From positions 24,985,899-25,049,898 of the forward strand of contig OZ316891.1 of assembly GCA_973895155.1 (NCBI GenBank): a stretch of 64,000 nucleotides of DNA, given 5' to 3'. The notes beneath the pieces were generated by a model, which ran no database searches, was not told where the DNA came from, and saw only the letters and a list, made by a program, of their open reading frames with translations. Source of the stretch: Marsupella aquatica (Eukaryota; Plantae; Marchantiophyta). Positions 12,191-21,144 of the stretch are shown here, piece by piece (the first letter of the stretch is position 1; each line of letters begins with the position of its first letter). The translations under genes were made by a program, and so were the position numbers.

Positions 12191-13055
12191 TGGAGGGAGG
12201 AGGCGTGAGTGGGCAGGGCGGGCTCGGATCTCTAAGTTTAGGATTAGGATGAGGATGAGGAGGCGGCCCTGACACTTAGCTTAGTGGGATTGCGGTTCCA
12301 CTGGTAAGAGCAACACTTGTACTCCTGCCTCGCTGTACATAGGTAGATTCAGTTAGGTAGATTAGGCTTATGCTGCAAGGAATTAGGCGGATCCACTACA
12401 AGGATAAATACCTAGGCTGCGGGGAGCTCAGGGCCTCTTCTTTAGCAAGTTTTTAGTTTGCACCAGCCGGGCTGGGATCAAGTAGTAAGAGAAGCTCTCG
12501 GTTAGTCATACAGTGACCTTGTGTATATTCATGTTTCCTCATGCCTAAGAGCTGAATAGAGTTGGCCTCAAGTCTTAGTTCGTAGAGCTTGTGTATGAGA
12601 TGTACTGTTTGTATGGCAAGTGCATGGTATGACTCAGTCAGAAGGAGTCATTTTACTATTTGTGTGTCGCATTAACTTGTGTGAAGAGTGCCCACATCAA
12701 CTAATAGATGAAGGAAAGTAAGCAAGGGAGTGAGAGTTGGATGTGTCGAGCTGAGAGAGGTCTTAGCGGCTTAACCAAGCCTATTGGGGATCATTCCGGC
12801 GGCGGAATCCAAATATACCTAACCAGAAGGAGAGGAAGACAAGGGAAGGCCTAGAGTAGGCCGGCTACATATCTCATGACCCGATGAAGGATCTGTCCAG
12901 TATATGTGTAAAATGTTAATAGTAGTAGTACAAGGAAGTTAGCAGCGTCCCATGCCGCTAAGTCGCGAAAAACGGCCTCGCCAAGCGCGAAACCTGCGGG
13001 AATCAGCTTGTGCTGGGGGGTTTCTTGGGTTTAGGGAGCCATGGGACGCACCACA
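12191..13055 (+). repeat. 3' LTR of element A (start approximate)
   Basis: TG follows the purine tract; the CA end is shared with the copy at 1-101. Confidence 0.55.
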
Positions 13056-13261
13056 GATTCGAATGGCAGCAGGTCAATCTACAGCTCAACCAGGTTTGCA
13101 GCACCCTTCTCAGTCCACCTCCATAGCCATCCAGCCTTGCAAGTGATTCAAAATTGCAGCAGAATTTTGCAGCAGTCATAGCCCACCAATTCGCAGCTAG
13201 CAGCACAACAGCACATTTGAAGCACAGTAGCAGATTCGAAGCACAGCAGCAGCAGCCATAG

Positions 13262-14648
13262 TGTCGTATAGTGCTAAGTATCAAAAGTGACTCTCCTCAC
13301 CTAAAACCAGGGTTTCGATCCCTTTAAGAACAGATTTCAGAATGAATTGTATAACTTTTATCACTCCGAGTGATTTAGAGTCTTGAGCTCTATGTTGACT
13401 TCACTTCTCAATAAAAAAATCGAATAAACAAACAACAAAGTAACTGAACTTCTGATTTATGAATTAGAGAAGAAATGAGTAAGGATTTAGAGACTACAAG
13501 CTACTGCCACTCCTTCAGAAAGGATTTGGGCTCAGTATAGACATGAAATCTATCTCATAATTCATCCATCTCACTCTTCAAAACACAAAGGTTAATGATA
13601 ATGGAATTCTCAATCTGATGAAGCAGAAGCTTTCTGATTGCAAATGAATGATATGATTTAAAATGCCGTCAACATGGTTTGACATCAGCGATACGCAATT
13701 CAGTCAAACTCTAAACCATATTCCAGAATCAAAGCAACAGTACTAACTACTCTGAGAATCAGAATTTACTTCTCATTTATCATTAACTATTCTTGAATTG
13801 GCTAGCGAATCCCGACTCTGCAAGCAAGCCTAGCAGTGAATTCAATACGAGTTTCAGAAATCTGCAACTGAATTCAATCACCACAGGAATCTCTTGAATT
13901 CAATCTTAACTTCAATCAATATAGCTTTACTTCCATACAAAACACTCACAGCATGCCTTGTTACAATGGAAGGAGGAGAAAACTATTCAGAAGACTCAAT
14001 TCTGAATACAGTATTAACTCTATTTCTCTCTACTTCAAATGAGCATTCTACTCTGTCTTATAAGTGCTGGAATCCTAAAATGGAGGAGGTAAGAACAGTC
14101 GTGCCTTTCCAAGCTTAAAACTAAACAAGGGAGAAGCACAGCATAAGTACTTCAACAAGGGTGGTAGAATACTACTTTACTAGTAATCTACTTCAAAAAC
14201 TAAGTGTTGAGCGGACGCTGCTAGAAGCGTCGGGAGAATCTGGACGCTGCTAGAAGCGTCTTAAGTAAAACCAACGGACGCTGCTCACACTGCTCACAGC
14301 GTCAATACTAGGGTGGACGCTGCTCACAGCGTCGTGTGTTGAAGCTGACGCTTTCCACAGCGTCGGTCGAAATCCTCATAGAGTCTTGGTGGCGGTCGGG
14401 CACTGCCAAAAGCGTCATGAGGAGGTTGGACGCTTCCGCAGCGTCTTGAGTAAAAGAAACGGGCGCTGGTCACAGCGTCGGGCAAAGTACACTAGGAATC
14501 GTCAGGAAAGCCGGAGATGTCAAATATTTCTATAAGTGTCCAGAACAAGTAAATGTTGGCCGGAAGGTGTCTAAAGTGTAAGTAAATCTTGTGATATGCT
14601 AAAAATAAACAAGTTTCCAGAAAAAATTGCAGGGACACCCATACCACA
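13262..14648 (-). repeat. 3' LTR of element B (1387 bp)
   Basis: Near-identical to 25417-26774; differs by a 29-bp repeat-unit indel and at least one C/T substitution. Confidence 0.95.
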
Positions 14649-14666
14649 TAGCCCTCCACTTAAATT
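14649..14666 (-). promoter_or_regulatory. Polypurine tract of element B
   Basis: Minus strand TTTAAGTGGAGGGCTA abuts the LTR TG. Confidence 0.8.
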
Positions 14667-14725
14667 TCGCCGTGTCCCCACAAGACATGACCGAATTGAA
14701 TCAGAAGCGAGTGACATGTTCTTCA

Positions 14726-15202
14726 TTAATAATATTCTGGCTTAATAATCCAAGTAGTGCTCAAAATCATTGACGGGAGTTGGGAGATATCCGAATCCAG
14801 AATATAAAAATCGAGGTCATGGAATTCTTCTCCGATCTGTATTGGGACTCCTTTAACTCTTCCCCAAAGATTAATGATTCGTCCATCGATTGATATCTGA
14901 GCAGATATCGGTTGTACTTCTTGATGAACAAATTGCTGGCACAGTCTGTGGGAGAGGAAATTAATTCGAGAGCCTGGATCAATAACAAAGTGTTGAATAG
15001 CATGTCCTCCCAGTTTGATCTTGCCTTCAAAGGAATGTTGGAAAGCACGGGGTAAAGAATTCCAACAATCCATAGTAGCTTTGATGTCCCACATGAGCAG
15101 ATAAATATCAATTCGAAGGAGAAAGAAGGAAACAATTGCAGGATGCTGCAAAAGTAACGGCTTATATACATATAAATGACAACACCGTTTGATATCTCTC
15201 AT
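14726..15202 (-). CDS. Second retropepsin-like aspartic protease domain, in frame with the extra ORF of B
   Basis: FVIDPGSRINFLS, GRVKGVPIQIG, LDFYILD and MILSTTWI follow the retropepsin pattern D[ST]G...ILG..W. Confidence 0.65.
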   Translation of the reverse strand: MRDIKRCCHLYVYKPLLLQHPAIVSFFLLRIDIYLLMWDIKATMDCWNSLPRAFQHSFEGKIKLGGHAIQHFVIDPGSRINFLSHRLCQQFVHQEVQPISAQISIDGRIINLWGRVKGVPIQIGEEFHDLDFYILDSDISQLPSMILSTTWIIKPEYY

Positions 15203-15214
15203 AAATGGTGTCCT

Positions 15215-17788
15215 TCAAATCTGTGTCCTAGATAAAACACCTTGAATAATCACATCCGGATAAGAAGGAATAATAGGTAGGAACGCTAAACACCTAAGCG
15301 ACTTGAACCCTTGGGAAGCCGGTAGCATACATTGTTTTGTAATCAACTGCTCCCTTAGCTTAACAAGCTTCTTCTCATATTTAATTGGAATAGCAAACCC
15401 ACCAGGACAAACCCAAACATAGTATGGATAGGGCCATGGAATTTCCGGCACAAGGGGCGGAAATGGAGCTTGAGCTCGTCGAAGCATATACACCCAACAC
15501 CAAATTTCGAACTCCGAAAACTTATGTCGTCTGTCCTTATCAATGGGAGGAACCGCCTTCCCAGGTTCATATGTGCGAATCAAACTACGAATCCTCGGAT
15601 GGGATGTCATTGGCAAAATCTGCTGCTGCTGCAAAATGCTCTCCATCTCCAGATGTCGAAAAGCTACTCGAAAATGTTTCTTCTCCCACCTGTGAATTGA
15701 AGCCAAATTAGGGATAGGATTTCGGGGTGGCAAATCCACTGTATGCCGAAGTCGAGGAGGTACTCTGATAATGCGAGGGTCTTCGTCTTCTTCTCCATCA
15801 CTTGGTGCTCCTATCCAACGGAAAATTACATCTGGCATAGCGGAAGGAATCACTGACTCCTTAACTGGTCGAATTGGCAATGTAACAGGAGACGAAGGAG
15901 CAGAAGGTTCGGGCTCCAGTGGTTCAAATTCTTCTCTTGCAACAGTAGCTGGTTGATCTGCAATGGGATGCATTGGTACTAAAACAGGAAGTTCTTCTTT
16001 AAAATTATCGCTAGGTAAAGAGACTTCCTGGTTAGTTCGATCTGTCAAAAGTACAGGAAGGGGTAGCTCGTCTGTTCCGATAGGTGCTTCTCCCTGTTCA
16101 AAATCCTGGGAAGATGCTTCAGGAAAGATCTGTCGACTGATAGCATGGCGCAACCGTTTCCAAGATTTTCGAGTATACGTCACTGAAAACTCCTCCCGAA
16201 TGTTTTTATCCTCGTTTGTAGCCAATGAAACTGGTGCTGAGCTGGTTGTCGAAGCGGGTGTCTCGGGTACCAATATGGGTACAGATATACCCATATTACC
16301 AGATACCTGATTGCGACTCGGAAAACCAGCAGAGCCTCCTTCAATCAACTCATCTTCAGGAGAAACCCATTTTACAGGCGGAAATGAAGGAGCTCCTATC
16401 GCGGCTATTGCCTCATCTAATTCCTTAGTTATATCCAAAGGAATCGATATGAGTGAACCAGGTGTAGACCAGGCAGGGTATCTTGCGACAGATTGGGGAG
16501 AAGTCACTGGTTCACCTACTTCGTCTATATCCACAATTGCATCCTCCGAATCAACTTTAACCAGCTTCACAATTTCTGAGCTTAATATTTCTGACTCCTG
16601 GACCAGAGGGATTTCACCTATATTTGGGCTAGAACTAAGAGAGTCGGACGAATCATACTCCTGTAAAGCCTGCAAAGCATCACTATTTGCCTCTATGGGA
16701 ACCAAAACAGGGGTAGAAGTAAATCCATCATACTCGTCCTCAGCAGTAGAATGTTGAAGAGGTTCCCCTGAAAAACCTTCTTCATCCACCCTCACCTCAT
16801 CTTCAACATTCATCCGAGAAGCAGAATTATCCTGATCAACATCATAAATAGGCTCGGCAGCACAAGGTGAACACGAGAGTCGAGGTGACATAGAATGCTC
16901 CAACCCTGTTGGCATTGCTGAAGGAACATCTTCGGCAACTTGAGCCTCTCTTGGTTGGTGAAGAATCGGATCGTCACTCCCTTCAGCTGATGCTCTTGTC
17001 TCTTTCAATTTCCGAACTTCACCCACCAGTTCAGGTTCCTCACAGTCGAGTATTGCACATAGCTCTACCACTGTGGAATTGGCTCGGACTTCTCGTACTT
17101 CAGGCATATAATTTGCTTCACCGGTAGATGCTCTCTGATTGTTGCGATAAAAATCTTTTTCCAAGACAAGCAGACAGTCATACTTATGGTAAATGTGAGC
17201 TAAATAAGGGGCCAAGTAGGTACACCTTATTTTCCCCGTTTTCAGCCTGCTACGAAAATTTTTGACCTGAGTATGAATTACTCGGTGCAAAACCTTCGTC
17301 CAATTGATAGACTGCGTCTGTTCTAATGAACAGATCACCGTTGCAGCGAACGAAAGAGTGATGCGCGTCTGGCTTTCTGGGTAGAAAATTGGTGCCAGAA
17401 ATCGAAATAGACGCTGCAGAGAATTATCTAAGCAGTCCGCCGCTAGCCATCCATTCCGCCTCTTGAAAGATCCTGGAGCGAAGAAGGATTCTACATAAAC
17501 CCGAGGCTCACAATCAACCCTCTGTAAATCCTCGCCCTCCATCGGCGTCGAATAGACCTTCGCTATGAGCGCTTCAGTCCAAACACTGGGACGCGAGCGC
17601 ACACCAATCCTTTCTTCAGCGTCCCAGACACCTTGATCGATAAGGCTGAATTCGCAAATCTTCCAAGGAAGTTGAAGCAGCTTCTTCAAGCCCATTTTTG
17701 CCAGAGCCGTCTTCAACTGCCGCCTATGCACTGCATTCGATGGAATGTCTGCGAGTATTGGTCGCGTCGTCAGCTCAGTCTCCGCCAT
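15215..17788 (-). CDS. Extra ORF (857 aa) of element B, in the env-like position, with a PMD/Transposase_32-like N-terminus and an acidic disordered middle
   Basis: Intact long ORF between pol and the 3' LTR. LAKMGLKKLLQLPW..WTEALIAKVY..INWTKVL..YLAPYLAHIY. Confidence 0.8.
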   Translation of the reverse strand: MAETELTTRPILADIPSNAVHRRQLKTALAKMGLKKLLQLPWKICEFSLIDQGVWDAEERIGVRSRPSVWTEALIAKVYSTPMEGEDLQRVDCEPRVYVESFFAPGSFKRRNGWLAADCLDNSLQRLFRFLAPIFYPESQTRITLSFAATVICSLEQTQSINWTKVLHRVIHTQVKNFRSRLKTGKIRCTYLAPYLAHIYHKYDCLLVLEKDFYRNNQRASTGEANYMPEVREVRANSTVVELCAILDCEEPELVGEVRKLKETRASAEGSDDPILHQPREAQVAEDVPSAMPTGLEHSMSPRLSCSPCAAEPIYDVDQDNSASRMNVEDEVRVDEEGFSGEPLQHSTAEDEYDGFTSTPVLVPIEANSDALQALQEYDSSDSLSSSPNIGEIPLVQESEILSSEIVKLVKVDSEDAIVDIDEVGEPVTSPQSVARYPAWSTPGSLISIPLDITKELDEAIAAIGAPSFPPVKWVSPEDELIEGGSAGFPSRNQVSGNMGISVPILVPETPASTTSSAPVSLATNEDKNIREEFSVTYTRKSWKRLRHAISRQIFPEASSQDFEQGEAPIGTDELPLPVLLTDRTNQEVSLPSDNFKEELPVLVPMHPIADQPATVAREEFEPLEPEPSAPSSPVTLPIRPVKESVIPSAMPDVIFRWIGAPSDGEEDEDPRIIRVPPRLRHTVDLPPRNPIPNLASIHRWEKKHFRVAFRHLEMESILQQQQILPMTSHPRIRSLIRTYEPGKAVPPIDKDRRHKFSEFEIWCWVYMLRRAQAPFPPLVPEIPWPYPYYVWVCPGGFAIPIKYEKKLVKLREQLITKQCMLPASQGFKSLRCLAFLPIIPSYPDVIIQGVLSRTQI

Positions 17789-18171
17789 CGCGTGACTTGT
17801 TAGCTCCGTAAGCTCAGTGAGAATCGTGTTCCATAGTGAACTAGGGCGAAGCGCGACTGCTTACTCCTCAGCGTCCCGTTGAGCTGTCGCAATCCGCCAT
17901 TGTACAAGATGCCTAGTCATCGGCTCACAGCGTCTCATGCAACTGAACTAATACAAAAGCGGACCTCTGCACAACGTCCTTTGTAAACTAAGTGGACGCT
18001 TCCCCAGCGTCGAGTTACAATGGACGCTTTTCACAGCGTCCAATGTAAAAACTGAAAGTAACTAAAAAAAATTAAAAAAATATGCCGAATACTTACTAGG
18101 GAGGGTCACTAATTCTAACTAAGTATAACTACCGCCCTCCACTTAAATTGCAACCTGTCCCAGGTGGAATT

Positions 18172-21144
18172 CTAAATGGAAGACTCATAGTACCGTTTAA
18201 TCCTAAACCCATTGATTCTAGTGTTAAGTGGGTGACCATCTAAGGTAGTCAATGAAACTGAACCATTATCCCAGATGTGTGTAACTCGGTAAGGACCAAT
18301 CCAATGAGTATGAAGTTTCCCAGGAAATAGCATATAACGAGAATCAAAGACTAATGCTAAATCACCAACATCTAACTGCACTACGCGCAGCTTCTTATCA
18401 TAAGCAAGTTTACGCTGGTTCTGAATGGTGACTGTATGGTCTAATGCTAAAAGTCTAACTTCTTCTAATTTAACAATATTGGAAAACCGATGTGAGAGAC
18501 TATCTGAAGGAGAGAGTCGGTGTGGTACCAAGATACGTTCCGTTGGTAACGAAAATTCTATTGGAATAATACTATTCAGGCCATAGGTCAGATAGAAGGG
18601 GGTGTGAAGAGTTGTAATCTTCTCAGCGGTGCGGTAAGCCCATAATGCAGAATGGAGCTTCACATCCCAATCTGTCTTGTGAGATTCTACCATTTTATTC
18701 AGAATCTTGCCCATAATGCCATTAGCTCTCTCGGTTAAGCCATTAGCTCGGGGGTTGTAAGGAGTAGTTTTGCGATGCTTGATAAGATAAAGGTCAGTGA
18801 TTAACTCAATAGTTGAGTTAAGAAAATGCAAACCCCTATCGCTTACCAACTCCAAAGGACAACCAAACCGGGTGATAATGTGCTCAAAGAGAAATGCAGC
18901 TGCGGTTATAGCATCATTCTTGCGAGTAGCTTTCGCCTCTACCCATTTGGTGGCATAATCAGTGGCCAGAATAATATATTTGCTTCGGCTTTTCCGAGCT
19001 GCTGGAGAAATTGGGCCAATAAAATCAATCCCCCATTTCTCAAATGGTGCCAACGGAAGGATAGGCGTAAGAGGCCATTTGGAACTAGCAGTGGGCTTCC
19101 CGATCCTTTGACAGGGATCACAGGTCTTAATAAAATTGTAAGTATCTCGATGCATAGTAGGCCACCAGTATCCAGCATCCAAAATTTTCTTAACTGTGGT
19201 ATTCACTGCATAATGCCCACCGGTTTCTCCTGAATGTAAAGCTTCAATTACTTGGGGAAGTTCCCTATCCTCTAGACAACGTCGCAATTGTTGATCAGGA
19301 CCTTGTTTAAACAAAGTGCCCCGAATAATGGTATAGGGACCCACCTTATGAGCAAAGACAGCTCGTTCTTCCGCATTAAAGCCTTCAGGGAACGTTCCAT
19401 GAAGCAGCATGTGCACAATATTAAAATATCGAGAAGACTCCCCTTCAATGTGCCACAAATGCTCGTCAGGAAATTCATCGGAGAGATTATGCTGATTCTC
19501 CGGACCAGGTAACCGAGATAGGAAGTCTGCATTCTCATGATGTTTGCCAGGTCGGACATGAACTTCATAATCAAATTCTTGGAGTAGTAAAACCCAGCGG
19601 GCTACTCGTCCTGAGAGATCCACTTGGTTAACCAAATATTTTAAGGAATTATGATCAGTGTGAAAAGTAACCTGATACCCCAACAAATAGTGACGAAATT
19701 TCTTACACGCAAAGACGATGGCCAAAGCTTCCCGTTCAGTGACGGAGTAGTTTTTCTCGGCTGCACTCATTTGGCGGCTGGCATAGTAAATTGGATGGTC
19801 ACGGTTTTCCACATCCTTCTGACTGAGATTAGCTCCAATGCAGAACGCAGAAGAGTCAATGAAGACATGAAACTTCTTAGTCCAATCTGGGGGTGACAAA
19901 ATAGGTGCAGAGATTAACCGATCCTTGAGCAACTGGAATGCTTGCTGCCGCTCCTCATTCCATGTATATTCCACATCACTTTTTAACAGTTGGGTTAAGG
20001 GTAAGGCAATATTAGCATGTTTATAAATGAACCGACGATAATACCCCACATGTCCCAGAAAAGCACGAAGCTGCTTTAAATCGGTCGGTGGTTGCAACTC
20101 CATAATTACTCTAACCTTCTCTGTATCAACCTCAATGCCGCGTTGTGAAATAACATGGCCTAACAAAATTCCCTCCTTCATACCAATAAAGCACTTTTCT
20201 GGATGAAGACACAACTGAGCCTCTCTACACTTCTGAAATGTCTTCTCCAAATGGACGAGGTGTTCAGCCGCTGACCCGTAAACACAAAAGTCGTCAATAA
20301 AAATCTCCATGAAATGCCGCAAATATTCTTGAAAAATAATCATCATAATGCGCTGAAAAGTACCCGGGGCATTACACAGCCCAAAAGGCATCATGGTAAA
20401 TGCATATGTACCCCAGTCGGTGGTGAACGTAGTCTTGTCGCGATCCTCCTTCCGAATGGACACCTGGTTATAACCAGAGTACCCATCTAAAAAACTGTAT
20501 AACTCATGCAAGGCCACTGAATCAAGTACCAGATCAATAAATGGCAAAGGATAATGATCTTTCCGAGTGGCAGCATTCAACTTCCGGAAGTCTTGACAAA
20601 CGCGAATTTTCGTTTTACCATCGGGTCCCGGCTTTTTGGGGACAATGACAATTGGTGAGACCCATTCACTACTCAAGACCGGGTAGATAAATCCAGCAGT
20701 CGTGAGCTTGTCCAACTCGTCTTTAACCAGGATGGAATATTTGGGATTCAAACGGTACTGTCTCTGTCGGACAGGTACTGCTCCTTCCATAAGGTCAATA
20801 CGATGTTCGCCCAAATGTGGATGGATACCTTTTAAATCAGAATGACTCCAGGCAAAGACATCTTTATACTGGGTTAATAAACTGATATACTGTTCCCGTA
20901 GCTCTCCTTCGATATGCTTACCAATATTCAAAAACTTGCCTGGCTCAATTTCGATTTTCTGACAAGCTTTTGGATCCACAATTCCATCCGTGAGGTTTGC
21001 CGGCTGAAGTCCAAGTTTGGATACTTCTGGTGCAAATGGCTCAAGGGTAGCTGACACTCCCATATCATGGTGTAAATCCCTATTAGCCTCAGTATTAGGA
21101 GGTTCGTCTGCTGCTGGGCCCACTTCCGATGATGAAGTTAATTG
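18172..21144 (-). CDS. pol: Pol of element B (RT, RNase H, integrase), in frame with gag-PR across one TGA
   Basis: RT: [24 protein letters not shown]: DSSAF, NYSVTEREAL, TDH. IN: HHCC, WGIDF, SDRG, NGLTER, GPY. Confidence 0.95.
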   Translation of the reverse strand, partial: QLTSSSEVGPAADEPPNTEANRDLHHDMGVSATLEPFAPEVSKLGLQPANLTDGIVDPKACQKIEIEPGKFLNIGKHIEGELREQYISLLTQYKDVFAWSHSDLKGIHPHLGEHRIDLMEGAVPVRQRQYRLNPKYSILVKDELDKLTTAGFIYPVLSSEWVSPIVIVPKKPGPDGKTKIRVCQDFRKLNAATRKDHYPLPFIDLVLDSVALHELYSFLDGYSGYNQVSIRKEDRDKTTFTTDWGTYAFTMMPFGLCNAPGTFQRIMMIIFQEYLRHFMEIFIDDFCVYGSAAEHLVHLEKTFQKCREAQLCLHPEKCFIGMKEGILLGHVISQRGIEVDTEKVRVIMELQPPTDLKQLRAFLGHVGYYRRFIYKHANIALPLTQLLKSDVEYTWNEERQQAFQLLKDRLISAPILSPPDWTKKFHVFIDSSAFCIGANLSQKDVENRDHPIYYASRQMSAAEKNYSVTEREALAIVFACKKFRHYLLGYQVTFHTDHNSLKYLVNQVDLSGRVARWVLLLQEFDYEVHVRPGKHHENADFLSRLPGPENQHNLSDEFPDEHLWHIEGESSRYFNIVHMLLHGTFPEGFNAEERAVFAHKVGPYTIIRGTLFKQGPDQQLRRCLEDRELPQVIEALHSGETGGHYAVNTTVKKILDAGYWWPTMHRDTYNFIKTCDPCQRIGKPTASSKWPLTPILPLAPFEKWGIDFIGPISPAARKSRSKYIILATDYATKWVEAKATRKNDAITAAAFLFEHIITRFGCPLELVSDRGLHFLNSTIELITDLYLIKHRKTTPYNPRANGLTERANGIMGKILNKMVESHKTDWDVKLHSALWAYRTAEKITTLHTPFYLTYGLNSIIPIEFSLPTERILVPHRLSPSDSLSHRFSNIVKLEEVRLLALDHTVTIQNQRKLAYDKKLRVVQLDVGDLALVFDSRYMLFPGKLHTHWIGPYRVTHIWDNGSVSLTTLDGHPLNTRINGFRIKRYYESSI

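Larger units (their letters stand above)
9016..13055 (+). mobile_element. 3' half of LTR retrotransposon A (extra ORF, PPT, 3' LTR), interrupted by the CACTA element
   Basis: Long ORF followed by a purine tract (AAGGAGGGCGGA at about 12178-12189), then an LTR ending in CA at 13055 that is repeated at 1-101. Confidence 0.7.

Noticed and set aside
13894-14118. Duplicated small genes (also 26049-26273, 52971-53288 and 63592-63909, 34943-35206 and 44570-44818)
   Set aside because: They are chance ORFs inside LTR pairs.
15215-17788. True retroviral envelope gene
   Set aside because: No evident signal peptide or transmembrane segment; only the position is env-like.
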